From the IMG/VR virus record IMGVR_UViG_3300005573_000013, positions 1-51,794 of that record: a stretch of 51,794 bases of DNA. The stretch is one strand, 5' to 3'. Shown piece by piece: positions 25,083 through 35,002 of this stretch (positions are counted from its first letter, which is position 1; every line of letters starts with the position of its first letter). The notes beneath the pieces are model-generated. The model saw only the letters and a program-made list of their open reading frames with translations, made no database searches and was not told the DNA's origin. The position numbers were made by a program, and so were the translations under genes. Source of the stretch: a virus (Duplodnaviria > Caudoviricetes).

Positions 25083-25625
25083 ATGAAAGCTTATCTGACT
25101 TCAATTGGTGAGAGGACGACTGACCTCTGTAAATGGCAACTTGAAAGGTTTGGCTTCGAGGTTGTTTTGCTTGATGAAAAAGAGCCTTGGTTTGAGAAGT
25201 ACCAAAGGTTTTTAAATACGGCGAATGAGGATTGTATCAGGATTGATGCCGATGTTATTCCGAATAAGAAAATTCAAGGGCTGGTTATGTGCGAAGGTTA
25301 TCTGATGGTGCAGAGTTTGGTCTATTGCTTTTATAGAAATGACGTGACCGAAAAAAGCCCAATCCTTTATCGGGCGGAGGCATTGGGGATTATTAGAAGA
25401 AATCTTAATAAACTTGACAGATTCAGACCCGAGACGGGTGCTTGGCGATTGCCGGAAATTGTTAATAGGACATGGACTTTTGAGACTATCGTCGGTTGTC
25501 ATGGCTTTTTCCAGAGAAAGGAAGATATCTTGAGGGGGATTGAAAACAAAGTTAGAATAAGGAACAGGCAAGAAGACAGATGTGATTTCGATTTAGTCAG
25601 GAGGATAATTGAAGATTTATATTAA
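25083..25625 (+). CDS. Minimal GT-A-like glycosyltransferase
   Basis: IRIDADV DxD motif; glycosylation-island context. Confidence 0.5.
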   Translation: MKAYLTSIGERTTDLCKWQLERFGFEVVLLDEKEPWFEKYQRFLNTANEDCIRIDADVIPNKKIQGLVMCEGYLMVQSLVYCFYRNDVTEKSPILYRAEALGIIRRNLNKLDRFRPETGAWRLPEIVNRTWTFETIVGCHGFFQRKEDILRGIENKVRIRNRQEDRCDFDLVRRIIEDLY

Positions 25626-25733
25626 TCTCGGGTGTAACAATGGGGATTCGGTGAGGGATTTTTTTGAAAAGAATATAACATGAGATTGGTGGTTCATGAC
25701 AAGGCAAATGGCATAGCGGAATTGAGAAATGAT

Positions 25734-25762
25734 TTGACAAAGACAAAAAAGTATGATAATGT
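25734..25762 (+). promoter_or_regulatory. Probable sigma70 promoter of the second glycosylation operon
   Basis: TTGACA-17-TAATGT with extended TG; A-rich spacer like the other promoters. Confidence 0.5.
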
Positions 25763-25829
25763 AAGATTAAATTAAAATGAACTATTAAAATGATTCTCAA
25801 TGTCAATTTAGACAAGAGGACTAACTTCC

Positions 25830-27392
25830 ATGAAGATAGTCATGGCAGTTGACAAAATTGGTTCAGCGATACATCGCCTAGCCATTGGGGTTCAGAAGAA
25901 ATTGCCGCATTTGAGGGTGGTTATCTGCGATGTCCATCCTAAAAGACCATCTCCGGATCAGATAGAGAGATTTAAAAGAGAAATTCAAGATGCCGATGTC
26001 ATCTCTATGGAGTACTGGAAGACCGGTCTTTTTTTATTGGACTTGTTTCCCGAAATTAGGAGTAAGCCGAAGATATTGGCACACTACAACCCTTACAATC
26101 TTGAAGAAAATAACTGGTCAGATTTTCAGGCGATAATTGTGCCGAATAGGGAAATGAATAAAGTTCTGCCGAAGGCGAGGTTAATACCACTTGCGATAGA
26201 TTTGAACTTTTTCAAATTCCAAAGGGAAATGCCTGATTCTAATAAGGTTTTGATGGTCTCCTCGAGGATAGAGGGAAAGAAGGGTATCTTGCCGGTGGCG
26301 GAGGTTTGTCAGGAACTTGGCTATCCGATGATTCTTGTAGGGCAGATATCCGACAGGGATTATTTTGATAAGATTATGGCTACTGGAGTGGTGGAGTTTA
26401 GGGAAAGGGTGAGTGAAGACGACTTGCTTAAGGCGTATTACGAATCGGCAATCCATGTATGTAACTCGATTGATGGTTTTGAATCAGGGACACTCCCATT
26501 GCTTGAGGCGATGGCTACCGGTGTTTGTGTACTCACAAGAAACATCGGCTCCGTTCCGGATATCTTTAATGATGAGAATATGGTTGTGAGAAATGGGCAG
26601 CCGGAGGATAAGGAGGAGTTGAAAGTCAAGTTGAGGGAATTGATGGAAGATAAAGATAAGCGACGGAAAATGAGGGAAATCGCTTGGAATTCAGTTAAAT
26701 CAAGAGATAGTGAGAGGCGGGCGGTGATGTATGAAAAGTTATTTTATGAACTCTTATACCCAAATAATGACTTGGTCAGCGTCATAATCCCGACCTTTAA
26801 CCGGAAGAACATTCTGTCAAAGGTAATTGAGGGCGTTACTATGCAGGATTGGCCGGCAAAGGAGATAGTGGTTGTTGATGATGGCTCAACTGATGGAACT
26901 GGGGAGTTTGTAATGGCATTACAAACAAAATCATTTGTTCCGATAAAATATATTAATACTGGAACGACAAACATTTATAACTTGGCTTATGCGAGAAACT
27001 TGGGGGTAATAAGCGCTGTCGGGGACATAGTTGCTTTTCTCGATGACCGATATTATCCCGAAAGGAATTGGCTGTCTGAGATGCTCAAACATCTGACGCC
27101 GAAGACTTGGGTCTACGGTAACAAGGGAACAAGGAAGGATTTTGTCGAGAACATCTCGATGTGCTATCGACAAGAATTGATAGATGCGGGAATGTTCAAC
27201 CAATCCTGTCCCAAGTATGGTTTCCAGTCGCAGGAATTGAGGGTGAGGTTTCGGAGACAAGGGTTTAAGTTTAAGTTTGCTGAAAGTGCCAAGGTTAAAT
27301 CACTGATTGAAACCAAGAACAAGTATAGAAAAAGGGATGAAATTATAAAGTCGAAAAATATCTTGTGGCGAATGAACATGGAGGCAAGATGA
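25830..27392 (+). CDS. Bifunctional GT4-like plus GT2 glycosyltransferase fusion
   Basis: ESGTLPLLEAMATG (GT-B) followed by VSVIIPTFNR, VVVDDGSTD, ARNLG, FLDD (GT2). Confidence 0.92.
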   Translation: MKIVMAVDKIGSAIHRLAIGVQKKLPHLRVVICDVHPKRPSPDQIERFKREIQDADVISMEYWKTGLFLLDLFPEIRSKPKILAHYNPYNLEENNWSDFQAIIVPNREMNKVLPKARLIPLAIDLNFFKFQREMPDSNKVLMVSSRIEGKKGILPVAEVCQELGYPMILVGQISDRDYFDKIMATGVVEFRERVSEDDLLKAYYESAIHVCNSIDGFESGTLPLLEAMATGVCVLTRNIGSVPDIFNDENMVVRNGQPEDKEELKVKLRELMEDKDKRRKMREIAWNSVKSRDSERRAVMYEKLFYELLYPNNDLVSVIIPTFNRKNILSKVIEGVTMQDWPAKEIVVVDDGSTDGTGEFVMALQTKSFVPIKYINTGTTNIYNLAYARNLGVISAVGDIVAFLDDRYYPERNWLSEMLKHLTPKTWVYGNKGTRKDFVENISMCYRQELIDAGMFNQSCPKYGFQSQELRVRFRRQGFKFKFAESAKVKSLIETKNKYRKRDEIIKSKNILWRMNMEAR

Positions 27393-28279
27393 AAGTGCTT
27401 ATTACGGGGATTTCCGGATTCGTGGGAAGTTATCTAAAAGAATTATGTATTAAAAATAAGGATGAGGTTTTTGGGTTTGATATCAAGGATGGACAAGACC
27501 TACTTAACTATGAGCAAATTAGGAACTTTCTTGATAAAGTAAGACCGGATGAAATCTATCATCTGGCTGCCCAAGCATTTGTCCCCGAGTCTTTTAATGA
27601 CCCAAAGAGAACATTTGAGGTGAATGTAGGTGGAACGATAAATCTACTCGAGGCTGTCAAGAATTTGGGTTTGAAGCCTAAAATTCTGATTACTGGATCA
27701 AGTGAAGAGTATGGGTTGGTTGAGTTTGAAGAGTGCCCTATTGATGAAAGTCAACCTTTAAGACCGCAGAGCCCCTATGCGATTAGCAAGGTTGCTCAAG
27801 ATTTTTTGGGAAAATGGTATGCAGATAATTATGGGCTGGATATAGTAAGAACAAGAGCATTTAATCATACGGGAGCTGGGCGTCCGGAGTGTTATGTTAC
27901 CTCGAGTTTTGCTAAGCAGATTGCCCAAATAGAAAAGTACGGTGGGGTTCTCAGGCATGGAAACCTTGATGTAATACGGGATATTACTGATGTTAGGGAT
28001 ATGGTTAGGGCTTATAGGATGGCGATAAACCTTAGGCCAGGTGTATACAATATTGGTCGAGGAGAGGGTTTTCAAATTAAGTATATATTGGATACCTTAA
28101 AAAAAATGTCCACAAAAGAAATTAAGACAGATTTAGATAAGTCAAGAATGAGAAGGACAGAAGTACCAATTTTAATCTGTAATAGTGATAAGTTTAGGAA
28201 GTTGACTAAATGGAAGCCAGAAATCAAGATAAAGAAAACATTATCAGATATGTTGAATTTTTGGAGAGAAAGAGTATGA
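27389..28279 (+). CDS. GDP-mannose 4,6-dehydratase / Rmd-like SDR
   Basis: GISGFVGS, HLAAQAFVPESF, GSSEEYG, YAISK, RAFNHTG, GNLDVIRD. Confidence 0.9.
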   Translation: MKVLITGISGFVGSYLKELCIKNKDEVFGFDIKDGQDLLNYEQIRNFLDKVRPDEIYHLAAQAFVPESFNDPKRTFEVNVGGTINLLEAVKNLGLKPKILITGSSEEYGLVEFEECPIDESQPLRPQSPYAISKVAQDFLGKWYADNYGLDIVRTRAFNHTGAGRPECYVTSSFAKQIAQIEKYGGVLRHGNLDVIRDITDVRDMVRAYRMAINLRPGVYNIGRGEGFQIKYILDTLKKMSTKEIKTDLDKSRMRRTEVPILICNSDKFRKLTKWKPEIKIKKTLSDMLNFWRERV

Positions 28280-29454
28280 TAAAAATTTTCTCGGCATCTT
28301 GGCACTTAAGCCATCAGTTTTCCCTGCTTCAGATACCTAATACCCAGTGGTCTTTTCTGATAAATAATGTTCGTGGTCAATGGAATACCGATGTTAGACC
28401 GCAACCGAAGAACCTTGATTTCGTAGCTAACTATGAATCAGGCGAATACGATTTAGCTGTCCTGGATGTAGACCAGCAATGTGTGGATCCGTTAATCGGC
28501 AAGGGACAACTTTACCGAGACCTTAATGAGGTCATTCAGGATATCCCCAAGATAGTGATAAATCATGGTACGCCATGGTGGCCGGAAAGGTGGGAAACCT
28601 ACGGTCCCGGTAGTTGGGCTCTTCCGTTGGATTTAGCCAAGGCAAAGAGGGAAGACATAGAGAAATTTCAGGTTAACTTTCTGATAAATGGCGGAAAGGT
28701 AGTACAGAGCGGTCAATTGGTTGAGATAGAGGGAATGAAAAAGTTGATCGGAAATAACACGATGGTTGTTAATTCTTATCAGGCGAAAAAAGACTGGGGT
28801 TGGGGAGAAGTTATCATCCATGGCTTGGATCCAAATGACTGGTGGAACTTGCCAAAGGAACCTCGGTGTGTTGTCAGTTTAAGTCCGGGCGGGCTTGACT
28901 CCTATTATGGAAGAGAATTATTGATGAGGACGGGCGAGAGATTATACGAAAAGTATGGGTTAAGAATAATCCACATTGGCAATCCATATAGTTGGGTTAT
29001 CGAGAGACACCCGAGATTCAGGGAGATTGGTGGTTGGGGGGCATATCGGGATTTCTTGGGACGGTCGTTAGTTTACTTCAATCCCACCCAGCACTCGCCG
29101 AACCCAAGAAGTCGCTTAGAGGCGATGCTTAGCGGTTGTTGTGTCCTTTCGACGCCATATCAGGATGCCGATAGTTACTTCAACTTGGACACAAAGTCAA
29201 TCTGGCAGAACTGCGAGGGAGTTAAGGAATACATAGATGTGGTTGATAGGCTTCTGGATGTAGAAGGAATTACTGGAATAATTATCCCCGACAATCCGGA
29301 GCCAATTTCCGCCTTAATCAACCACCTTATTTACAGGCGATTCAAGACGGCCGAGAGAATCGGAGCCGAGGGTCGGAAGTTTGCGATTAAGAACTTCAGC
29401 AAGGAAAAGTTTGACAATGCTTGGTCAAGTCTTATAGAAAGGACTTTGAAATGA
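28276..29454 (+). CDS. GT-B glycosyltransferase
   Basis: VYFNPT..SPNPRSRLEAMLSGCCVLST; ATGA overlap. Confidence 0.8.
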   Translation: MIKIFSASWHLSHQFSLLQIPNTQWSFLINNVRGQWNTDVRPQPKNLDFVANYESGEYDLAVLDVDQQCVDPLIGKGQLYRDLNEVIQDIPKIVINHGTPWWPERWETYGPGSWALPLDLAKAKREDIEKFQVNFLINGGKVVQSGQLVEIEGMKKLIGNNTMVVNSYQAKKDWGWGEVIIHGLDPNDWWNLPKEPRCVVSLSPGGLDSYYGRELLMRTGERLYEKYGLRIIHIGNPYSWVIERHPRFREIGGWGAYRDFLGRSLVYFNPTQHSPNPRSRLEAMLSGCCVLSTPYQDADSYFNLDTKSIWQNCEGVKEYIDVVDRLLDVEGITGIIIPDNPEPISALINHLIYRRFKTAERIGAEGRKFAIKNFSKEKFDNAWSSLIERTLK

Positions 29455-29744
29455 ATTTGTTTAGAAGATTGATGGTTTGGTGGAAGCTTAGGGAACTTCA
29501 GGCCACCGACGACATTCAAAAGTTGATTAAGAAGGGGCTGGAAAGAGTTAAGAAAGAAGAGACGGAGGCTTGTGAACATAAGCGATTGCGGAAGGTCATT
29601 CCCGAAGATATATGGTATCGTTGCACCAAATGCCAGAGGATTTTCATGATACCGCTTGAGATATCTTGGGAAAAGAAGAACTTGGGGATGCTCTTAAGTA
29701 AATTACAAGAAGAGTTAAAATTAAAAGATAAAGATGAAAGTTAA
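29451..29744 (+). CDS. Hypothetical zinc-ribbon protein
   Basis: CEH...CTKC; ATGA overlap. Confidence 0.55.
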   Translation: MNLFRRLMVWWKLRELQATDDIQKLIKKGLERVKKEETEACEHKRLRKVIPEDIWYRCTKCQRIFMIPLEISWEKKNLGMLLSKLQEELKLKDKDES

Positions 29745-30006
29745 TATTATACATCGAGAAAGTGATGAATTATTTCCTGATATGAATATTATTGTGTTAG
29801 ATGTCAAATTTGAGAATGAAAGATTACGTAGCCAAATTGTTGTAACAAGGGATGTATTCGTTAATAAAAATCATTCGGTGTTAGGTGAGCTGAGAAGGAG
29901 ACTGGTAGAGTCAATTTGTCCTCCAATAAAACAGGAAATTGAAAAGCAAATAACTGAGTCAATGTTCCATCCGTTACACGAGGCGTTAGAAAGGATTAAA
30001 AAATGA
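29734..30006 (+). CDS. Hypothetical protein
   Basis: Overlaps both neighbours in the operon. Confidence 0.55.
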   Translation: MKVNIIHRESDELFPDMNIIVLDVKFENERLRSQIVVTRDVFVNKNHSVLGELRRRLVESICPPIKQEIEKQITESMFHPLHEALERIKK

Positions 30007-30890
30007 AAAAATTTAATTGCGGAATTTATGGCTTTGGTTTTGTCGGCAAGGCAATAACTCAGGGGTTGTCCTTAACTCACAATCTTAAGATTTATGATAT
30101 CAAGGAAAAAGTGGACTCATTTGAGGACACTGTTGATAATAGCGAATTCATCTTCATTTGCCTGCCAACCCCGATGACTGATGTTGAGGGTGGCAGGATA
30201 GACCTTTCGATAATTGATGGAGAAATCGATAAGATAGCCACACATCTGAATTATAAGTCAAACAAGATTATCATTATCAAAAGTACAATCATTCCCGGCA
30301 CTACAAGAAGATATCAGGATAAATATCCCGAGTTGAATTTCATTTTCAACCCGGAATTCCTGACTGAGCGGAATGCCCGCCTGGATTTCATCAATACGGC
30401 GAGGATTGTCCTGGGGGGTAAAGGAAAGGATGACCCAAACCTCCGAAGAGTAGAGGAAATGTATCGGGCAAGATTTCTTCATACGCCAATTTTTAAGACC
30501 AATTACGAGACGGCGGAGTTTGTCAAGTATCTTTGCAACAACTTTTTTGCCAACAAGGTGATGTACTTTAATGAGCAGAGACTGGTGGCAGAGAAGTTCA
30601 ATGAACACTGCGACTTGATAAGCGAAAGTGGTGGTAAGATTCATTGGCAGGAGGCGGTTAGGATGCTTTTGGCTGATGGAAGAATTGGCAATTCGCATTA
30701 CGAAGTCCCGGGTCATGATGGACAGCTTGGGTTTGGTGGCAGTTGTTTTCCAAAAGACCTTTGTGCCTATCGGAACTGGGCAAAGGATGTTGGAGCCGAG
30801 ACGCCTATTTTGGATGAGGATTGGGAATATAATAAGAAGATAAGGGAAGATTGGGACTGGGGCAAAATGGAAAGGGCGGTGAGGCGATGA
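30003..30890 (+). CDS. UDP-glucose/GDP-mannose dehydrogenase family protein (short form)
   Basis: GFGFVG, ICLPTP, KSTIIPGT, FNPEFL, catalytic GFGGSCFPKD. Confidence 0.9.
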   Translation: MKKFNCGIYGFGFVGKAITQGLSLTHNLKIYDIKEKVDSFEDTVDNSEFIFICLPTPMTDVEGGRIDLSIIDGEIDKIATHLNYKSNKIIIIKSTIIPGTTRRYQDKYPELNFIFNPEFLTERNARLDFINTARIVLGGKGKDDPNLRRVEEMYRARFLHTPIFKTNYETAEFVKYLCNNFFANKVMYFNEQRLVAEKFNEHCDLISESGGKIHWQEAVRMLLADGRIGNSHYEVPGHDGQLGFGGSCFPKDLCAYRNWAKDVGAETPILDEDWEYNKKIREDWDWGKMERAVRR

Positions 30891-31870
30891 GAAGATTACT
30901 CTTAACCGGAGGGATGGGTTTTATTGGAAGCCATTTGGTGGAAGGTGTCTTAAAAAATACCGATTGGGAAATTATCATTCTGGACAGGCTGGACACTTCC
31001 GGCAATCCCAACCGTTTAACTGATATGGAAATCTGGAATAAGGAAAAGCATCGAGTCAAGTTCATCTGGTGGGACTTGAAGTCGGAATTGAATGACTTTG
31101 TAAAATCAGAAATTGGAGAAGTTGGTTACATTTGGCATGTTGCTGCCTCCAGCCATGTGGATCGCTCCATTGAAAATCCGATGATGTTTGTAATGGATAA
31201 TGTCGTGGGGACTTGTAATATCCTGAATTTTGCCCGAACCATCAAAAACTTGAAATTATTCGTCAATTTTTCCACCGACGAGGTATTCGGTCCCGTTAGG
31301 GAAGGATTAAGCAATGAATACGACCATCACCACCCCAAGAACCCTTATGCGGCCACCAAATCCGCCCAAGAGGCATTAGGTGAATCCTTTGAGAATTGCT
31401 ATAAATTGCCCCTCATCACAACCCATACGATGAATGTGATAGGCGAAAGGCAACATCCCGAAAAGTTCATTCCGTCAACCATTAGGAAAATCCTGAATGG
31501 TGAGACGGTTATAATTCACGCCAACCCCGAAAAGACAAGGGCGGCGTCAAGGTTTTACATTCACGCTCGGAATGTCTGTGATGCCCTGTTATTCCTAACC
31601 GAAAAAGGATTTAATGGGTATGATGAGTTTAATATCGTTGGCGAACAGGAGATAGATGCCTTGAGTTTAGCCCAGAAGATAGCCAAGATAATTGGGATGG
31701 AATTGAAATACGAGATGGTCGATTTTCATTCCAGTCGTCCTGGACATGACCTACGCTACGCCCTTGACGGAAGCAAAATGGCAAAGTTGGGATGGAAGCC
31801 GCCAAAGACTTTTGATGAGTCGCTTGAGAGAACCGTCAAATGGTATCTTAGACATAAGGAGTGGTTATGA
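30887..31870 (+). CDS. rmlB: dTDP-glucose 4,6-dehydratase (RmlB-like)
   Basis: GGMGFIGS, AASSHVDRSI, STDEVFG, YAATK, QHPEKFIP, RPGHDLRYA. Confidence 0.9.
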   Translation: MRRLLLTGGMGFIGSHLVEGVLKNTDWEIIILDRLDTSGNPNRLTDMEIWNKEKHRVKFIWWDLKSELNDFVKSEIGEVGYIWHVAASSHVDRSIENPMMFVMDNVVGTCNILNFARTIKNLKLFVNFSTDEVFGPVREGLSNEYDHHHPKNPYAATKSAQEALGESFENCYKLPLITTHTMNVIGERQHPEKFIPSTIRKILNGETVIIHANPEKTRAASRFYIHARNVCDALLFLTEKGFNGYDEFNIVGEQEIDALSLAQKIAKIIGMELKYEMVDFHSSRPGHDLRYALDGSKMAKLGWKPPKTFDESLERTVKWYLRHKEWL

Positions 31871-32715
31871 ATGGCGGGATCATACTTTTCGAAAAGATTC
31901 ATGGTCAGAAGGACATTGGCTCGTCCCGAATCAGGGGGCATTGGCTGGTCAAGTATTGGCCGGAGCTTGAGGTATACAAATACGGCAAGAAATATGACTT
32001 TCTAATCTTTCAGAAGGCTTACCTGCTTGAGTTGGCTGAAAAGTTTGATGGAATAAAGATAGTGGATATCTGCGATCCGGACTGGGTTGAGTTGCAACCG
32101 ATAAGGGAAATGATTGGTTTCTGTGATGCCGTTACCTGTCCGACCGAGCCGTTGGCGGAGGTCTTCAGGAACCTAACCGACAAGCCGGTTGTTGTAATTT
32201 CCGACCGGATGGATTTGGAACATTACAGAGAGAAGAAACAACACCGGGGCAGGGCGAGGGAGGTCGTCTGGCATGGGTATGCCCATAACTCGTATGCCTT
32301 GAAGAAGACCGTTAGGACATTATTGAGGTTGAATTTGAAACTTTCAATAATCTCGAATGAGTACGTTTCCGTCGCCGGTGAAGAGGGATATGAGGGCAGG
32401 AGGTTGGAGGAGCGGTGGACGAAGTGGGAGTTAAGTACATTTAACAAGGAATTCATTAAGTCAGATATCTTCCTGAATCCGGTCGGCTGGAGACCTAATG
32501 ACAGATTCAAGAGCAACAACCGTGAGTTGACAGCTTGGGCTCTTGGGATGCCGGTGGCAAGGACGGCGGAGGATTTGGAGAGATTAATGGACCCAGTCGA
32601 AAGGCAGAAGGAGGCTGACCGTAATTTAAGAGAAGTGAGGGAGAAGTATGACGTCCGTCAAAGTGTTGGGGAATTTAAGCGGCTAATTGAGGAGTTGAAG
32701 AATGGTAGGCGGTGA
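31867..32715 (+). CDS. Divergent GT-B-like glycosyltransferase
   Basis: SSRIR, IFQK, VDICD, VWHG, KSNNR..AWALGMPV. Confidence 0.7.
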   Translation: MNGGIILFEKIHGQKDIGSSRIRGHWLVKYWPELEVYKYGKKYDFLIFQKAYLLELAEKFDGIKIVDICDPDWVELQPIREMIGFCDAVTCPTEPLAEVFRNLTDKPVVVISDRMDLEHYREKKQHRGRAREVVWHGYAHNSYALKKTVRTLLRLNLKLSIISNEYVSVAGEEGYEGRRLEERWTKWELSTFNKEFIKSDIFLNPVGWRPNDRFKSNNRELTAWALGMPVARTAEDLERLMDPVERQKEADRNLREVREKYDVRQSVGEFKRLIEELKNGRR

Positions 32716-32950
32716 ACTATATGGTGGCAATTTTACGACTACGACGACATCGGAATATGCCGTGGGACCATTGACGGCTTATCCCACCATTTCAGACCAA
32801 AGGTTTGGTTGTCAGTTCTGCGGGAAGACCGAAAAAATCCATCTAATTATGGATAATTCGGCTATCATCGGGATGCTCTGCGAGGAGTGTCTGAAGGATT
32901 TTGTGGAGTGTTTCAAGCAGTTTAAGATGGCCAAGCAAATTAAGAAATAA
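32702..32950 (+). CDS. Hypothetical zinc-finger protein
   Basis: CQFC...CEEC; GAGGAG SD. Confidence 0.55.
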   Translation: MVGGELYGGNFTTTTTSEYAVGPLTAYPTISDQRFGCQFCGKTEKIHLIMDNSAIIGMLCEECLKDFVECFKQFKMAKQIKK

Positions 32951-32967
32951 TAATAGAAAGGAGTATC

Positions 32968-33108
32968 ATGCCAAAACCAAATCCCAATGAATCCAAGGAG
33001 GACTTCATTAAAAGATGTATGGAGCAACTGGTCGGTGAGGAAGGTCGACCGCAAGACCAGGCATACGCGATGTGTCAGTCGTTTTGGGAAGAGCGTGAGA
33101 GGGAATAA
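32968..33108 (+). CDS. 46-aa protein MPKPNPNESKEDFIKRCM...QAYAMCQSFW (not in ORF track)
   Basis: AAAGGAG SD; resembles a short motif seen attached to phage head proteins. Confidence 0.7.
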   Translation: MPKPNPNESKEDFIKRCMEQLVGEEGRPQDQAYAMCQSFWEERERE

Positions 33109-33124
33109 TTAGAAAGGAATAGGA

Positions 33125-33730
33125 ATGGAAATCGTTAATGTTAAAATTAGAGACTTGAAGTTCGCCGAATACAATCCCCGGGAGATAACTGAACACGACT
33201 ACGAAGCACTGAAAAACGCCATTAAGGAGTTCGGGATCGTCGACCCGATAATCGTGAACAAGAAGGAAAACCAGATTATCGGCGGTCATATGCGGGTCAG
33301 GGCGGCGCAGGAACTTGGGATGGAGGAGGTTCCGGTTTACTATATTGATTTGCCGGAAAACAGGGCGAAAATCCTGAACCTTGCCCTCAATAGGATTCAG
33401 GGAAGGTGGAACAGGGAAAAATTAGAAAAGATGATCTATGACTTATCACAAGCAGAGGTAAACCTTCCGCTTACCGGATTTGAGGATTGGGAACTTGAGT
33501 TTTATAATCCCGGACCGATAGATGATAGTAAAAAAGAATGGATTGGGATGCCGGCATTTGAACCGATTGACGATTCCCTTAAAATAATAATTCATTTTGA
33601 GAATGAAGCTAATAGGGATGAATTCATACAAAAATATGCTTTTCGGATAGCTGAAAAGGGAAAAAGAACATGGTCGACGTGGTATCCGTTTAAGGAAAAG
33701 GTAGATGAATCATCAGTTAAATATGAGTAA
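33125..33730 (+). CDS. ParB/Srx N-terminal domain protein
   Basis: AEYNPR, FGIVDPIIVN, IIGGHMR, LNRIQGRW; C-terminal EWIGMPAF motif. Confidence 0.88.
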   Translation: MEIVNVKIRDLKFAEYNPREITEHDYEALKNAIKEFGIVDPIIVNKKENQIIGGHMRVRAAQELGMEEVPVYYIDLPENRAKILNLALNRIQGRWNREKLEKMIYDLSQAEVNLPLTGFEDWELEFYNPGPIDDSKKEWIGMPAFEPIDDSLKIIIHFENEANRDEFIQKYAFRIAEKGKRTWSTWYPFKEKVDESSVKYE

Positions 33731-34610
33731 ATTTAAGCCAAAATATCCGGTATATATTATTTCTAAGGGAAGATACGATTGTTGCCTGACGGCAGATATT
33801 TTCATTAATGATGGAGTTGATTTTAAGTTAGTCGTTGAACCACAGGAACAAGAATTATACCGTAGTAGATATGGAAAAAAGGTAAAGGTTTTACCATTTT
33901 CCAACCTTGGTAAAGGTGGAACACCTGCAAGAAATTGGTGTTGGGAAGATTCCGTAAAGGATGGGTTTAAACGTCATTGGATATTTGACGATAATATACG
34001 CAAGTTCAGGAGGATGTATAAGGGACACAGGATTCCGTGTAATGCCAATGTGGCGATGAGGGTTATAGAGGAATTTACGGATAGGTATGAGAATATTGGA
34101 ATTTCTGGCTTTAATTATAGCATGTTTACGCCACCAAGGACAAAGGTTCCATATAGATTGAATTGCCACGTTTATTCGGCGATGCTTATCAATAATGAGA
34201 TTCCATGGAGGTGGAGGCTTAAATATAATGAGGATACCGACCCTTGTCTCCAGGTTGTTACTCATGGCATGTGTACGGTTCAGTTTACAAGTTTCACTAT
34301 TGATAAGCAAAGAACGATGACGATGAAGGGCGGTAATGCGGAAATTTATAAGGGAAAAGGAAGGTTGATAATGGCAAGATTATTGGAAAAAATTTGGCCA
34401 GAACATGTCAAGGTGGTCTGGAAATTCGGCAGGCCATAGCATTCTATCAATTGGTTAAAATTCAAAAATCGGCTTATAAGGAAAAAGGACATAGATTTCA
34501 ATAATTTACCCAAGGTAGATGACTTTGGGCTTAAGTTGAGGAAAGTCGCCGATGAGATAAAGTCGGACGAGTTAAGGAAGATTTATGACGAGAGCATTAC
34601 GAACAATTAA
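33723..34610 (+). pseudogene. GT-A glycosyltransferase of the TET/JBP-associated (DNA-base) type, interrupted by an in-frame TAG at 34437-34439
   Basis: YIISKGR, ARNW, HWIFDDNI, YNEDTD, MKGGN motifs; frame stays open 56 more codons to TAA 34610. Confidence 0.65.
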
Positions 34611-34993
34611 AGGATTCCATTTATTGTAAAGAATTCTTTAAGGTCAATTTTCGGTAAGTCTTTTTCCCAAATCTTGATGACCCTATATCCCATTAGCTTT
34701 AATTTTAATCGTTTCTTAAGTTCGTTATATTTTCCCAAGAGGAGTTTTCTTTTCCACCACCAGTTAACTTTACGTAAGGTAGAAAGCTTCCTCAAGTGCC
34801 AAAAGTCGCCATCAACGAATAAGGCAGTCTTATCGATAAGAAAATCCGGAGTACCAGGTAAACCATGTGCCTGATAAGTAAATCGCACCTTCAGTCGTAT
34901 GAGCGCTTCCTTGACGAAAAGTTCCGGCTTTGTATCTTTACCCCTAATTTTAGACATTATGTGACTTCGCTGTTCTTTGGTGAATTTATCCAT
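34607..34993 (-). CDS. vsr: Very short patch repair (Vsr) endonuclease
   Basis: MDKFTKEQRSHIMSKIRGKDTKPE, LPGTPDF, FVDGDFWH, IWE. Confidence 0.9.
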   Translation of the reverse strand: MDKFTKEQRSHIMSKIRGKDTKPELFVKEALIRLKVRFTYQAHGLPGTPDFLIDKTALFVDGDFWHLRKLSTLRKVNWWWKRKLLLGKYNELKKRLKLKLMGYRVIKIWEKDLPKIDLKEFFTINGIL

Positions 34994-35002
34994 ATTAAGT
35001 AT

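Noticed and set aside
34437-34439. Genome-wide TAG-to-Gln recoding
   Set aside because: Only one convincing in-frame TAG; long genes are intact in code 11, TAG ends the holin and protease genes normally, and no suppressor tRNA was seen
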